From an uncultured bacterium (GTDB lineage: Bacteria > Methylomirabilota > Methylomirabilia > Methylomirabilales > CSP1-5), in contig CAYGBT010000009.1 in assembly GCA_964348275.1 (NCBI GenBank), positions 19,541 through 83,540 of the forward strand: a DNA stretch of 64,000 nucleotides, given 5' to 3'. The number at the start of each line of letters is the position of its first letter. Position 1 is the first letter of the stretch. Under the pieces are notes generated by a model, which saw only the letters and a program-made list of their open reading frames with translations, was not told the origin of the DNA and searched no databases. Of the stretch, positions 39,140 through 48,105 are shown piece by piece. Both the position numbers and the translations under genes were made by a program.

Positions 39140-39844
39140 TCACCCTTTCCAATAGAGGATCCGCTGGCAGTTTGCGCAGGCGATCAGGACTTCTCCCTTG
39201 CGGAGCTCATTATAGGTCTGAGGCGTGAGAGCAACGTAACACCCAAGGCAGGAGCCGTCCTTGACGGGAGCTACCGCCACGCCGCCTCGGGTGCGCACAA
39301 GGCGGTCGTACATTTGAAGAAGTCCCGGCTCCACGCGATTTGCGTGACGGCGACGGTCCTCCTGAAACCGACCCAGCTCTCCCTGGAGACGACCGAGCTC
39401 CGCTTCCTTCGCAGTCCGCTGCTGCTCAAATGTCTTCTCCCGTTCCTGAAAGAGGGCCTCTTCATTTCGAACCGTCCCTTGCGCCACCTCAATCTGATCA
39501 AAGAGTTCGAGGATCTCGTCCTCAAGCTTCGACCGGCGCTCCTTGAGCCCTTCGATCTCTTTCAGCACCGCTGCATATTCCTGATTCGTTTTGATTTCGA
39601 AGAGACGTCCCTGCCGCTTCCGTTGCTCGGCCGTGACCTCCTCTAACTCTCGCTCCTTCCGCCGACGGAGCTGGTCGCAATTGCTGAGACGTTCGCGAGC
39701 CTCGTCCCATTCCCGCCGAGAGCTGTTCAACTGTTGCTCCCAGTCCGCGATTTCTCGTGGGATTTTTTGGACCTCACGCTGGAGCCTGGAGATCTCCAGG
39801 TCAAGATTTTGCAAATCGACTACTTGGGCCAGGTCCTCCCGCAC
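39140..39844 (-). CDS. C4 zinc-ribbon/coiled-coil protein (COG1579, DUF164-like)
   Basis: Long coiled coil and a C-terminal CLGC...CANC ribbon. The track start 39889 lies inside a heptamer repeat; a GTG at 39844 preceded by GAGGG is more plausible. Confidence 0.75.
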   Translation of the reverse strand: MREDLAQVVDLQNLDLEISRLQREVQKIPREIADWEQQLNSSRREWDEARERLSNCDQLRRRKERELEEVTAEQRKRQGRLFEIKTNQEYAAVLKEIEGLKERRSKLEDEILELFDQIEVAQGTVRNEEALFQEREKTFEQQRTAKEAELGRLQGELGRFQEDRRRHANRVEPGLLQMYDRLVRTRGGVAVAPVKDGSCLGCYVALTPQTYNELRKGEVLIACANCQRILYWKG

Positions 39845-39853
39845 ATCTACCCT

Positions 39854-39955
39854 CAGTTCACGGTTCACTGAGTTTAGTTCACGGCTCACAGTTCACCGTT
39901 CACAGACTTCTTCTCTCCGCGCTGCAGTGAACCGTCCGCCGTGAACTGTGAACTG
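39854..39955. repeat. heptamer-repeat hairpin (6 x NGTTCAC, loop, 3-4 x GTGAACN) downstream of tRNA-Met
   Basis: CAGTTCAC GGTTCAC ...GTTCAC GGCTCAC AGTTCAC CGTTCAC ... GTGAACC GTCCGCC GTGAACT GTGAACT. Confidence 0.8.
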
Positions 39956-39962
39956 ATTTGCG

Positions 39963-40038
39963 TGGTGGGCCCACCTGGATTCGAACCAGGGACCGTCCGG
40001 TTATGAGCCGGTGGCTCTGACCGCTGAGCTATGGGCCC
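39963..40038 (-). tRNA. tRNA with CAT anticodon (elongator Met, or Ile2 if lysidine-modified)
   Basis: 76 nt cloverleaf: acceptor GGGCCCA/TGGGCCC, D-arm GCTC-AGCGGTCA-GAGC, anticodon loop CTCATAA, T-arm CCTGG-TTCGAAT-CCAGG, encoded CCA. Lacks the initiator GGG/CCC anticodon stem. Confidence 0.9.
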
Positions 40039-40043
40039 ATGCA

Positions 40044-40132
40044 GAGTTCACGGTTCACAGTTGACAGAAAGAAGACAGCCACTCCGTTGCTCTAGACTGT
40101 GGATCGTGAACTGTGAACCGTCAATTGTGAAC
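40044..40132. repeat. heptamer-repeat hairpin (3 x GTTCACN/GTTGACA, loop, 5 x NGTGAAC) upstream of tRNA-Met
   Basis: GAGTTCAC GGTTCAC AGTTGAC ... TGTGGAT CGTGAAC TGTGAAC CGTCAAT TGTGAAC. Confidence 0.8.
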
Positions 40133-40148
40133 GAGCCCCGCGGGGGCT

Positions 40149-41948
40149 TTACGAATCCACGAAACTCCGGAGCTTCCGGCCGCGGGTGGGATGTCGAAGC
40201 TTGCGCAATGCCTTCGCCTCAATCTGCCGGATTCGCTCCCGGGTCACATCGAATTGCTGCCCCACCTCTTCCAGGGTATGATCCACGCCGTCGCCGATCC
40301 CGAAACGGAGGCGCAGCACCTTGCGCTCCCGCTCAGTTAAGGTGCTCAGGACGTCATCGGTCTGGGTCCCCAGATTAATCCCAATGAACGACTCAAGTGG
40401 GGAAACTGCCCCCTTGTCCTCGATGAAGTCCCCGAGGTGCGAATCCTCCTCCTCTCCGATCGGGGTCTCCAGAGAGATTGGCTCCTGAGCGATCTTCAAG
40501 ACCTTCCGTACCTTGTCCACCGGGAGATCGATCTTCTGGGCAATCTCCTCCGGACTGGGTTCCCGACCAAATTCCTGTACCAACTGTCGGGAGGCACGGA
40601 TCAACTTATTGATGGTCTCGATCATATGGACTGGGATCCGAATGGTCCTGGCCTGATCCGCGATCGCCCGGGTGATGGCCTGGCGGATCCACCACGTGGC
40701 ATAGGTGGAGAATTTATAGCCCCGCTGGTACTCAAACTTCTCCACGGCCCGCATGAGCCCAATATTCCCCTCTTGAATGAGATCGAGAAACTGGAGCCCC
40801 CGGTTCGTGTACTTTTTCGCAATAGAGATCACCAGGCGGAGGTTGGCCTCCACCATCTCTCGCTTGGCATTCAAGGCCTTTCGTTCACCCCGGCTAATGG
40901 CGTGGAGTAGCTCGTGCACCTCACTGGAGCTGGTGCCGGCCTCTTGTTCCGCCCGCTCGATCTTCTTGGTGATTACCTCAATTTGCCGTCCGAGGTCCTC
41001 GAGCTTATCGCGGGAGAATTTGGTCCGCCGGACCAGGGTCCGCATAGAGACACCGTTGCCCAAGGCAGTATCGCGAAGTACCTTGAAGTTGGCTGCGCTC
41101 AAGCGCGTGGAGCGTTTGAGCTCTTTCATCTCCCGATCGGACTTCTCAACCCGCTCGAGGAAGCTCCGCATGCGGGCCACAATCCGTTCGATGACCCGCT
41201 GATTGAGGTTGAGCTTCCGCAGGAGCTCGGCCTGATGACCCTTCCTTTCCTGAACCTCTTGCCCGAGGCGCTCCGCCCGCTTGGCATTGCCTCGCTGCAC
41301 GGCCCGCTCGAGCCACTTGCTGAGGTTCTCGACCTTTTCCTGATTTTGCCGCAGGCCCTTCAGGGCCGGTGCAATCTCGGAAAGCAGCTCCTTCTCTTTC
41401 TGTTCCGAGATCTCGTCAAAATCGGGGAGGGCAATGAGATCCGCAACCCGCAGCCGGCCCTGGAGCAGACGCTCTCCTAAAAAGATCACCTCACGGACGG
41501 CAACCCCAGCTCGGCAGACCGCCTCGGTGACCTCGCGGCGCCCCTCTTCGATCCGCTTGGCAATCCCGATCTCCCCCTCGCGGGAGAGGAGGGGCGTCTT
41601 TCCCATCTCGCGGAGATACATCCGGACCGGGTCATCGGTCCGACCCACCGGCGCAGGGGATAGGTCCACCTCCGCCTCGGCTCCCCCTGACTGAGGCTGC
41701 GCCGCTTTCTTCGGCCCCGGTCGCCCCGCCTCGGGGGGAGTATCGATCACCTCAATGTCCATCTCATCCAAGACGCCAAGGATCCGATCAATCTTTTCGG
41801 CGGAGGTGATATCTTCCGGAAGACACGTGTTGATTTCCTCGTACGTCAGATATCCCTTTTTCTTGCCCAGGGCGATGAGGACCTTCAGCTCCTCCATTCT
41901 CCCCTCGTCTGCCATGCCGTTGTTTCCTCCCTGCCTATTAATTCTCAA
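40149..41948 (-). CDS. rpoD: RNA polymerase primary sigma factor RpoD
   Basis: Regions 1.1 to 4.2 are present ([44 protein letters not shown]). Confidence 0.96.
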   Translation of the reverse strand: MRINRQGGNNGMADEGRMEELKVLIALGKKKGYLTYEEINTCLPEDITSAEKIDRILGVLDEMDIEVIDTPPEAGRPGPKKAAQPQSGGAEAEVDLSPAPVGRTDDPVRMYLREMGKTPLLSREGEIGIAKRIEEGRREVTEAVCRAGVAVREVIFLGERLLQGRLRVADLIALPDFDEISEQKEKELLSEIAPALKGLRQNQEKVENLSKWLERAVQRGNAKRAERLGQEVQERKGHQAELLRKLNLNQRVIERIVARMRSFLERVEKSDREMKELKRSTRLSAANFKVLRDTALGNGVSMRTLVRRTKFSRDKLEDLGRQIEVITKKIERAEQEAGTSSSEVHELLHAISRGERKALNAKREMVEANLRLVISIAKKYTNRGLQFLDLIQEGNIGLMRAVEKFEYQRGYKFSTYATWWIRQAITRAIADQARTIRIPVHMIETINKLIRASRQLVQEFGREPSPEEIAQKIDLPVDKVRKVLKIAQEPISLETPIGEEEDSHLGDFIEDKGAVSPLESFIGINLGTQTDDVLSTLTERERKVLRLRFGIGDGVDHTLEEVGQQFDVTRERIRQIEAKALRKLRHPTRGRKLRSFVDS

Positions 41949-43702
41949 GAATTCCTTGCACTCTCTTTAATATAGTCCGTTTCGGGAAATCGGCCACCCG
42001 TGAGTCTCTGTTTCTGGTCCAGAAGCGCTTTCACCCGAAGAAGATCTCCTTGTTCCCGCGCTTCCCTGAGCTGGTCCTGGATCTCCTGGAGCTTAAGCCG
42101 AACTAGACAGTCCTGCACCATGCGATGCGGATCGACAAATTCATCCCCCCCCTGGACGAGGAGCTCGGCCGCCACCTGGCGGACCACAGGATCAGGATGG
42201 TGCGTGAGTGTCCGCGCGAGACTTTCCTCCTCGCCCTGGTATTCTCGAAGGAAACCATAGATGGACCGGAGGGAGGAAGCCGAAAGCTCGTCGCCCCGGA
42301 GAGATCCCCACACGCGACGGCGAATGTCCGGAAAAAGGAGGCAGATCTGGATCAAGGTCTTCTCCACGGGCGGCAGCTCCAAACACGGCGCGGGGCCCAA
42401 AGTCGGGGCTGGGTCCGGGGACCCCAGACGGCGGAGCTCCACCACGACCGCTCCCTCGGATACCCCCAACCGCTCTGCGAGCTTCTGAACATACTTGGCT
42501 CTCCGCACCCCCTCTGGCATCTGAGTAATAAGGCGCAAAACCTGCCGGGCCGCGGCCGCCTTTTCATCGATGCCCTGCAGTCCCGTCTGCTCCTCTGCCC
42601 GGATGAGGAGAAAATCAACGAGATCCTGAGCCCCCTCCACCCGTGCCAGAAGGGCATCTCTGCCGTTCTTCCGGACGAAGGTATCAGGATCTTCCCCCTT
42701 CGGCAGGACCACCACCGCCACCCCCATATCCTCAGCCACCAAGAGCTCTAACCCTCGCCAGGCGGCTTGAATCCCGGCGGGGTCGGGATCAAAGAGGAGG
42801 ACCGCCTTTTCAGCATATCGGTGCAGAAGGATCACCTGGTCACGCGTTAAGGCGGTTCCCAAGGTGGCCACCGTCTGGGGAAACCCTGCGCTGTACAGAG
42901 AGATCGCATCGAAGTATCCCTCCACCACCAGTGCCACTCTCGCTTCGCGGATTGCCCGCGATGCCAGATGGAGACCGTACAGATGGACCCCCTTCTTATA
43001 GATGGGGGTCTCCGGCGAGTTGATATACTTGGGCTGTTGATCTCCCAGAGCTCGACCCCCGAATCCCACGATCTTTCCTGTAGAATCGGAAATGGGAATC
43101 ATCAGGCGCTCCCGAAACCGGTCGTAGTATCCCCGCCCATCCTGCCTCGGAAGGGCCAGGCCCGCCGCCTCCACCTGGCGTGGGTCGTATCCCCGCTTGG
43201 TGAGCTCACGGATCAGGCCCTCCCACTCCGCGACAGCGTACCCCAGATGCAACCGGTCAGCTAGCTCCGGCCCCACCCCTCGCCTGTTCAGATATTCCCT
43301 CGCTTGGTTTCCCGCTGGACTATTCAGGGCCTTCTTGAAGTAGTCACAGGCGAGCCGCTGAAGCTCGAAGAGCTTCAGGATACCGTCCCCCTGACGGCTC
43401 CGCCCCCTCTCCGGGAGCGGAATCCCTGCCCGCTGGGCGAGATGCCGGACTGCCTCGGGGAAGGTAAATCCTTCCCGCCGCATGAGGAACCGGAAAACAT
43501 CCCCTCCCTCACCGCACCCGAAACAATAAAAGATCTGGCGATCTGGGTTGACCGTGAAGGAAGGGGTCTTTTCGCTGTGGAAGGGGCAGAGGGCCCGGTA
43601 GTATTTTCCAGTTTGCTTCAAAGGAAGGTAGCCCTCGATCACCTCCACAATGCTCGAGTTCCTCAGAATCTGGTCAATGACTTCCTCTGGGATAAATCCC
43701 AT
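41945..43702 (-). CDS. dnaG: DNA primase
   Basis: Zinc finger [13 protein letters not shown]...CFGCGEGGD and TOPRIM domain (VVEGYFD). Confidence 0.95.
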   Translation of the reverse strand: MGFIPEEVIDQILRNSSIVEVIEGYLPLKQTGKYYRALCPFHSEKTPSFTVNPDRQIFYCFGCGEGGDVFRFLMRREGFTFPEAVRHLAQRAGIPLPERGRSRQGDGILKLFELQRLACDYFKKALNSPAGNQAREYLNRRGVGPELADRLHLGYAVAEWEGLIRELTKRGYDPRQVEAAGLALPRQDGRGYYDRFRERLMIPISDSTGKIVGFGGRALGDQQPKYINSPETPIYKKGVHLYGLHLASRAIREARVALVVEGYFDAISLYSAGFPQTVATLGTALTRDQVILLHRYAEKAVLLFDPDPAGIQAAWRGLELLVAEDMGVAVVVLPKGEDPDTFVRKNGRDALLARVEGAQDLVDFLLIRAEEQTGLQGIDEKAAAARQVLRLITQMPEGVRRAKYVQKLAERLGVSEGAVVVELRRLGSPDPAPTLGPAPCLELPPVEKTLIQICLLFPDIRRRVWGSLRGDELSASSLRSIYGFLREYQGEEESLARTLTHHPDPVVRQVAAELLVQGGDEFVDPHRMVQDCLVRLKLQEIQDQLREAREQGDLLRVKALLDQKQRLTGGRFPETDYIKESARNS

Positions 43703-43761
43703 GAAGCACCTCGACAGCTCCTACTAAAAAAGTAGGGCCCTTTTCTCTGCGTCAGACGAGG

Positions 43762-46293
43762 TCACTCGCCATCCGGTTCCCGCAACGCCACGACGGTGGC
43801 GCCGCTCCCCCCTTCGCTGATGTCGGCGAGGTGAAACCCCACCACCAGTGGATGCTCTTTCAAAAACTTATGCAGCCCCTTCCGGAGCATCCCCGTCCCC
43901 TTGCCATGGATCACCCGGACTTGTCCTAGGCCCTCCATGAAGGCTGCATCCAGGTACTTCTCCAGTCGTCGCGATGCCTCTTCTACGGTACAACCGACCA
44001 CATTGATTTCCGGGGAGATGGACTGAGCCCTCTCCACGAAGAGCGGCCTCTGGCCCCCCGGCCGTCCGGGAGAGGCTGCCGGGCTGAGCATCGAGACAGG
44101 CACGTGGACCCTGCCCACGTTGAGCTCTACCTCTACGGTCCCCTGAGCAGAGACCGGCGTCAGAACCCGCCCTTGCCTCTCCAGCCCCGCGACGGTCACC
44201 CATTGTCCTGGTCCGACCCCGACGGCGATCGGGGAGCTGTCGGCTGCAGGGACTCCGAGTGCCTCGACGTTCACCTTCAGCTCCTCGAACCGCCGGTGAA
44301 AAGCCCGGACCTCCTCCGGCCGTCTCCCCTGTTCTCGAAGCGCGCGAATGAGTCCCTCCCCTTGCTGCCGGAGTTCCGTCAGAAAGCGCCTTGCTTCTTC
44401 CTGTGCTCGTTGTTTGAGGTCCTTGACGGCTGCGCGAAGCCGCGCTACGAGTTCCTCGGCTTCCTTCCGGAGCGTCGAGGCCCACTGGACCTCCTCGTGA
44501 AGCTGAGACCTGAGACCCTCCACCCGTTGGCGGCTAGCCTCAAGGGCCTCCAGGAGGTCCTCGGTCCTTTGGTGCCCCATGGGGACGGTCTCTCGTGCTT
44601 TTTCTAAGATCCGCCGTGGCAGACCGAGGCGTCCGGCGATTTCGAGCCCGTAACTTTTACCCGGAAGCCCCAGCCGGATGCGGTACTGCGGAGTCAGACT
44701 TTCCAAATCGAATTCGACACTCGCATTTTCCACACCGACGGTCAGTGCGGCAAACGCCTTGACCGCCTCGAGATGCGTGGTGGCAATCACCGACGTCCCT
44801 CGCTCCCGGAGCGACTCAAGAATGGCGATACCCAGGGCCGCTCCCTCCGAGGGATCGGTCCCGGCCCCGAGCTCATCGAGGAGGACCAGGGTCTCCGGTC
44901 CCGCATGGGCCAGGATCTTAACGACCTGACCCATGTGAGAAGAAAAAGTGCTCAGACTCTGCTCAATGCTCTGCTCATCCCCGATGTCGGCAAAGACATC
45001 CCGATAGTAGGGGACCTGGCTGTCTGGAGAAGCCGGGACCGGGAGGCCGGACAGGGTCATGAGGGTGAGAAGACCCGCGGTCTTTAGGGCCACCGTCTTT
45101 CCACCCGTATTCGGTCCGGTGATGACGAGTGCAGTGAACGCTCCGCCGACTTCAAGATCAATGGGCACCGCTGCCGGCCGAGGTCCGCCCCGGGCCTCCC
45201 CAGTGTCTTCTTCCATACTCAGTCCCCGCGGGGCGGGATCCAGCACGAGGAAGGGATGGCGAGCCCCCCGTAGAATGAGGCGGCGGTCCTGAGTCACCCC
45301 GGGAATCTCAGCCCGAAGGCGAACCGCCAAGCGTCCCCTAGCCATTAGATGGTCCAGATCGCCCAGAAGTTCCAGGAGTGCCTGGATGGTATCCGCTTCT
45401 CGCCTGACCTCAGTCGTAAGGGCCCGGAGGACTCTAGCGACCTCTTCCTCTTCTTGACGCGACAAGATCCGGAGCCGGTTGTTCATCTCGACGACCGGGC
45501 TCGGCTCCAGGAAAATGGTGAGCCCGCTCCCCGACTGATCCTGAATCACCCCCCGGATCTTGCCCTTCGCTGAGGATTTCACCGGGATCACGTATCGGTC
45601 ATTGCGAAGGGTAATGATCGGCTCGGCCAGGGCCGTTTGGTAGCTCGGGGAGGTCAGATACCGTTCGAGCTTCTCGACGATGACCGCCCGGAGGTCGCGA
45701 AGCTCGTGCCGAACCCTTCGAAGCTCTGGGCTGGCCGCATCGGCCACCTCCGCCTCTGACGTAATGGCCTCCCCGATCACCGTGCAGAGGCGGTCCGGGA
45801 CGAGGAGGCCGCTCGCCCGCTTCCACAGGAGGAGCACCCCAGCCTTCTCTCGCTGGAAAAACGTGCGGAGCCGACGGGCTGCCGCTAACGTCTCGGAAAT
45901 CTGCCAGAGGGAGCGCGGATCGAGCGACGATCCCTCAATCCTCGCCCGGTTCAACTGGGGACGGATATCGATCACCCCGCCGAAGGGAGGCTCCTCACCC
46001 CGTTCGAGGAGTCCTTTTGCCTCTCCTGCCTCGGCCAGGGCTTCTTGTACACGCTGCAGACTCTCTAGGGGGACGACTTCACACGCTCTCTCCCTGCCGA
46101 ACGGAGTGACCGCCGCCGCCTCGAGAAAATCGAGGATGCCGGCAAACTCTAACCCCGTGCGGGTCCGGTCATCCATTCCCTGGACCGCTCCAGGAAACGA
46201 TCGAGGGACCCCGCGAGGGGTCCCTCGATCGTTCCTTTCTTTCCCGTGCCCCATGGTGGTGGAGAAGCCTCCCACTCGGGCTGAATACGTCAT
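43762..46293 (-). CDS. mutS2: endonuclease MutS2 (MutS ATPase plus C-terminal Smr domain); start ambiguous (46293 or 46176)
   Basis: Walker A GPNTGGKT and Smr RVIHGKGTGMLR. The 46293 start forms an ATGA overlap with yqeY, but a perfect 16-bp hairpin sits within the first 40 codons. Confidence 0.9.
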   Translation of the reverse strand: MTYSARVGGFSTTMGHGKERNDRGTPRGVPRSFPGAVQGMDDRTRTGLEFAGILDFLEAAAVTPFGRERACEVVPLESLQRVQEALAEAGEAKGLLERGEEPPFGGVIDIRPQLNRARIEGSSLDPRSLWQISETLAAARRLRTFFQREKAGVLLLWKRASGLLVPDRLCTVIGEAITSEAEVADAASPELRRVRHELRDLRAVIVEKLERYLTSPSYQTALAEPIITLRNDRYVIPVKSSAKGKIRGVIQDQSGSGLTIFLEPSPVVEMNNRLRILSRQEEEEVARVLRALTTEVRREADTIQALLELLGDLDHLMARGRLAVRLRAEIPGVTQDRRLILRGARHPFLVLDPAPRGLSMEEDTGEARGGPRPAAVPIDLEVGGAFTALVITGPNTGGKTVALKTAGLLTLMTLSGLPVPASPDSQVPYYRDVFADIGDEQSIEQSLSTFSSHMGQVVKILAHAGPETLVLLDELGAGTDPSEGAALGIAILESLRERGTSVIATTHLEAVKAFAALTVGVENASVEFDLESLTPQYRIRLGLPGKSYGLEIAGRLGLPRRILEKARETVPMGHQRTEDLLEALEASRQRVEGLRSQLHEEVQWASTLRKEAEELVARLRAAVKDLKQRAQEEARRFLTELRQQGEGLIRALREQGRRPEEVRAFHRRFEELKVNVEALGVPAADSSPIAVGVGPGQWVTVAGLERQGRVLTPVSAQGTVEVELNVGRVHVPVSMLSPAASPGRPGGQRPLFVERAQSISPEINVVGCTVEEASRRLEKYLDAAFMEGLGQVRVIHGKGTGMLRKGLHKFLKEHPLVVGFHLADISEGGSGATVVALREPDGE
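46197..46232. other. perfect 16-bp hairpin with a GCGA loop (ACGATCGAGGGACCCC-GCGA-GGGGTCCCTCGATCGT)
   Basis: Lies between the two candidate mutS2 starts, 21 nt upstream of the ATG at 46176. Confidence 0.6.
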
Positions 46294-46742
46294 CCTCCCC
46301 CCGAAAGCTCCTGCCTCACGAGGCGGCTGACCTCGCTTCCGTCAGCCCGCCCGGCCACTTGAGGCATCAGAGAAGCCATAACCTTTCCCATGTCCTTAAC
46401 CGAGCTAGCCCCCGTAGCGGCAATGGTCTCCCTCACCTTGGCCAGGAGTTCCTCGGGGGTCATCGCCTTGGGGAGGAAGCACAAGAGCACTTCAAGCTCC
46501 GCCGTTTCTTTGCGGACGAGATCCTCCCGCCCTCCTTCACGGAATTGCCCGATGGCTTCTCGCCGCTGCTGACATTCTTTGACGATGAGCTGAAGGATTT
46601 CGGGCTCGGTTAAGTGTCCCCGCTTTTCCACCTCGCGATTCTTGACGGCGGACAGCAGTAGACGGAGGGTCGAAGCCTCCACCTTCCGGCCGGCCTTCAA
46701 GGCCTCCCGAAGATCTTGGTGGAGGCGCGTTGTGAAATCCAT
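46290..46742 (-). CDS. yqeY: GatB/YqeY-domain protein
   Basis: 150 aa: LTEPEILQLIVKECQQRREAI...GKVMASLMPQVAGRADG pattern. Confidence 0.88.
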   Translation of the reverse strand: MDFTTRLHQDLREALKAGRKVEASTLRLLLSAVKNREVEKRGHLTEPEILQLIVKECQQRREAIGQFREGGREDLVRKETAELEVLLCFLPKAMTPEELLAKVRETIAATGASSVKDMGKVMASLMPQVAGRADGSEVSRLVRQELSGGG

Positions 46743-46743
46743 C

Positions 46744-46941
46744 CTACTCCTGAACCATTCGCATCTTCTTCAGCATCTTCTTCCGGGCCGCGAGAGCTTT
46801 CTTTTTCCGGCGGACACTGGGTTTTTCATAATGCTGTCGCTTCCGCATCTCGGAGAGCACCCCAGACTTCTCCACTTGCTTCTTAAAGCGTCTCAGCGCA
46901 CTCTCAAAGCTCTCGTCCTCCCGGACGAGTATGGTAGTCAC
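46744..46941 (-). CDS. rpsU: 30S ribosomal protein S21
   Basis: [33 protein letters not shown]; GTG start. Confidence 0.93.
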   Translation of the reverse strand: MTTILVREDESFESALRRFKKQVEKSGVLSEMRKRQHYEKPSVRRKKKALAARKKMLKKMRMVQE

Positions 46942-47050
46942 CCCTCACACCCCCTTACCAACCTATTGATTTTTACGATAGATCCTATAGATATACCAAT
47001 TGCATATCGGAAGGATTGCCCTGTTACATTAAATCATCCTGGCCATTCTG

Positions 47051-47791
47051 TCAATGCCTTTTCCGTGCCTTTTTTCCCCTTTTTTTGTATTCCGTCTTCT
47101 TTTTCCCTACGCGCCCCTCAAACTCTCTCCACAGTTGATTCAAGGAGATACCACGTGCCCCGAGAAGGACCAGGGTGTGAAACCACAGATCGACCACTTC
47201 ATAGATGATGTCCTGCCGCCGCCCCCGCTTGACGCTCAACAGGATTTCAGACGCCTCTTCAGTGATCTTCCTCAGGATCTGATCCTCCCCCTTCTGGAAG
47301 AGCGAGCTCACGTAGGATCCTGGGGGGCGCTTCTTCTTCCGCTCTAGAATGGTCCGATACACTGCATCGAGAACCTGGGAGGAATGCCCATAGACCGCCT
47401 CAGGGTGAAAGACCTGCTGGGTGACCGGGGCGGAGGAGGTGAGGTTCTTTCGGACGCGCCGGAAGAAACACGACCGATAGCCGAGATGGCAGGCAGCCAC
47501 CTGCTGCTCTACCTGGAGGAGAAGGGCGTCGCCGTCACAGTCGAGGCGGATTTCTCCGACCCGCTGCACATGCCCTGACTCTTCCCCCTTCTTCCAAAGC
47601 CGACGCCGAGACCGGCTGTAGTAGTGCGCAAAGCCAGTTTTCAGGGTCTTCCGGAGCGCCTCCCGGTTCATATAGGCCACCATCAAGACGTGGCCCGTCC
47701 GGGCATCCTGGGCGATGGCCGGAATGAGACCCTTACTGTCAAATTTAACCTTGGCGGGGACTTTCGCCACATTCACCCCCCTCTGCTTCAC
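47051..47791 (-). CDS. hisI: bifunctional phosphoribosyl-AMP cyclohydrolase / phosphoribosyl-ATP pyrophosphatase HisIE
   Basis: HisI core (GLIPAIAQD...CDGDALLL) plus HisE tail (EEASEILL...EVVDLWFH). The GTG start at 47791 lies inside a heptamer block; in-frame GTGs at 47776/47770 are alternatives. Confidence 0.9.
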   Translation of the reverse strand: MKQRGVNVAKVPAKVKFDSKGLIPAIAQDARTGHVLMVAYMNREALRKTLKTGFAHYYSRSRRRLWKKGEESGHVQRVGEIRLDCDGDALLLQVEQQVAACHLGYRSCFFRRVRKNLTSSAPVTQQVFHPEAVYGHSSQVLDAVYRTILERKKKRPPGSYVSSLFQKGEDQILRKITEEASEILLSVKRGRRQDIIYEVVDLWFHTLVLLGARGISLNQLWREFEGRVGKKKTEYKKRGKKARKRH

Positions 47792-47812
47792 AGTTCACGG
47801 CTCACGCTTGAG
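47786..47812. repeat. heptamer block (CTTCACA GTTCACG GCTCACG)
   Basis: Same GTTCACN family as at the tRNA. Overlaps the annotated hisIE start. Confidence 0.6.
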
Positions 47813-47883
47813 GGTCCGATGTCAGAGGTCGCGAAGAGCGAGGAGGGGGTTCCTTCCGAGGCAGGCGACATCTGGCTTGCGTC

Positions 47884-47909
47884 TTCGAAGGAGTCCGGAG
47901 TCCTTCGGA
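47884..47909. repeat. 26-nt imperfect palindrome built from GGAGTCC units
   Basis: TTCGAAGGAGTCCGGAGTCCTTCGGA, centred on TCCGGA, in the hisF-hisIE spacer. Confidence 0.55.
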
Positions 47910-48057
47910 CAGGCCGGGGTCCCGCCGCCGAAGCGCAGCGCAGGCGGGGGTGGCCCGCACTAGCGAATGACATCGCCTGATCGTGCGTAACGATGCCTCT
48001 GCGCATCAAGTCCTCGGAGAATTATGGCGCCGCCGAGGAAGGTCCCGCTGAGCTCTT

Positions 48058-48099
48058 GGCTGTCGGTTGTCGGTCATCGAGTAACGGTCGTCGGTCACC
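48058..48099. repeat. tandem heptamer array (6 x 7 nt: GGCTGTC GGTTGTC GGTCATC GAGTAAC GGTCGTC GGTCACC)
   Basis: Exact 7-nt phase, located immediately after the hisF stop. Confidence 0.75.
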
Positions 48100-48105
48100 G
48101 GGGCC

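Noticed and set aside
47788-48009. A 73-aa minus-strand ORF in the hisF-hisIE spacer, together with overlapping plus-strand ORFs 47624..47980 and 47715..47963.
   Set aside because: The translations are Ala/Ser/Pro/Arg low complexity, the ORFs overlap one another, and the region is dominated by repeats.
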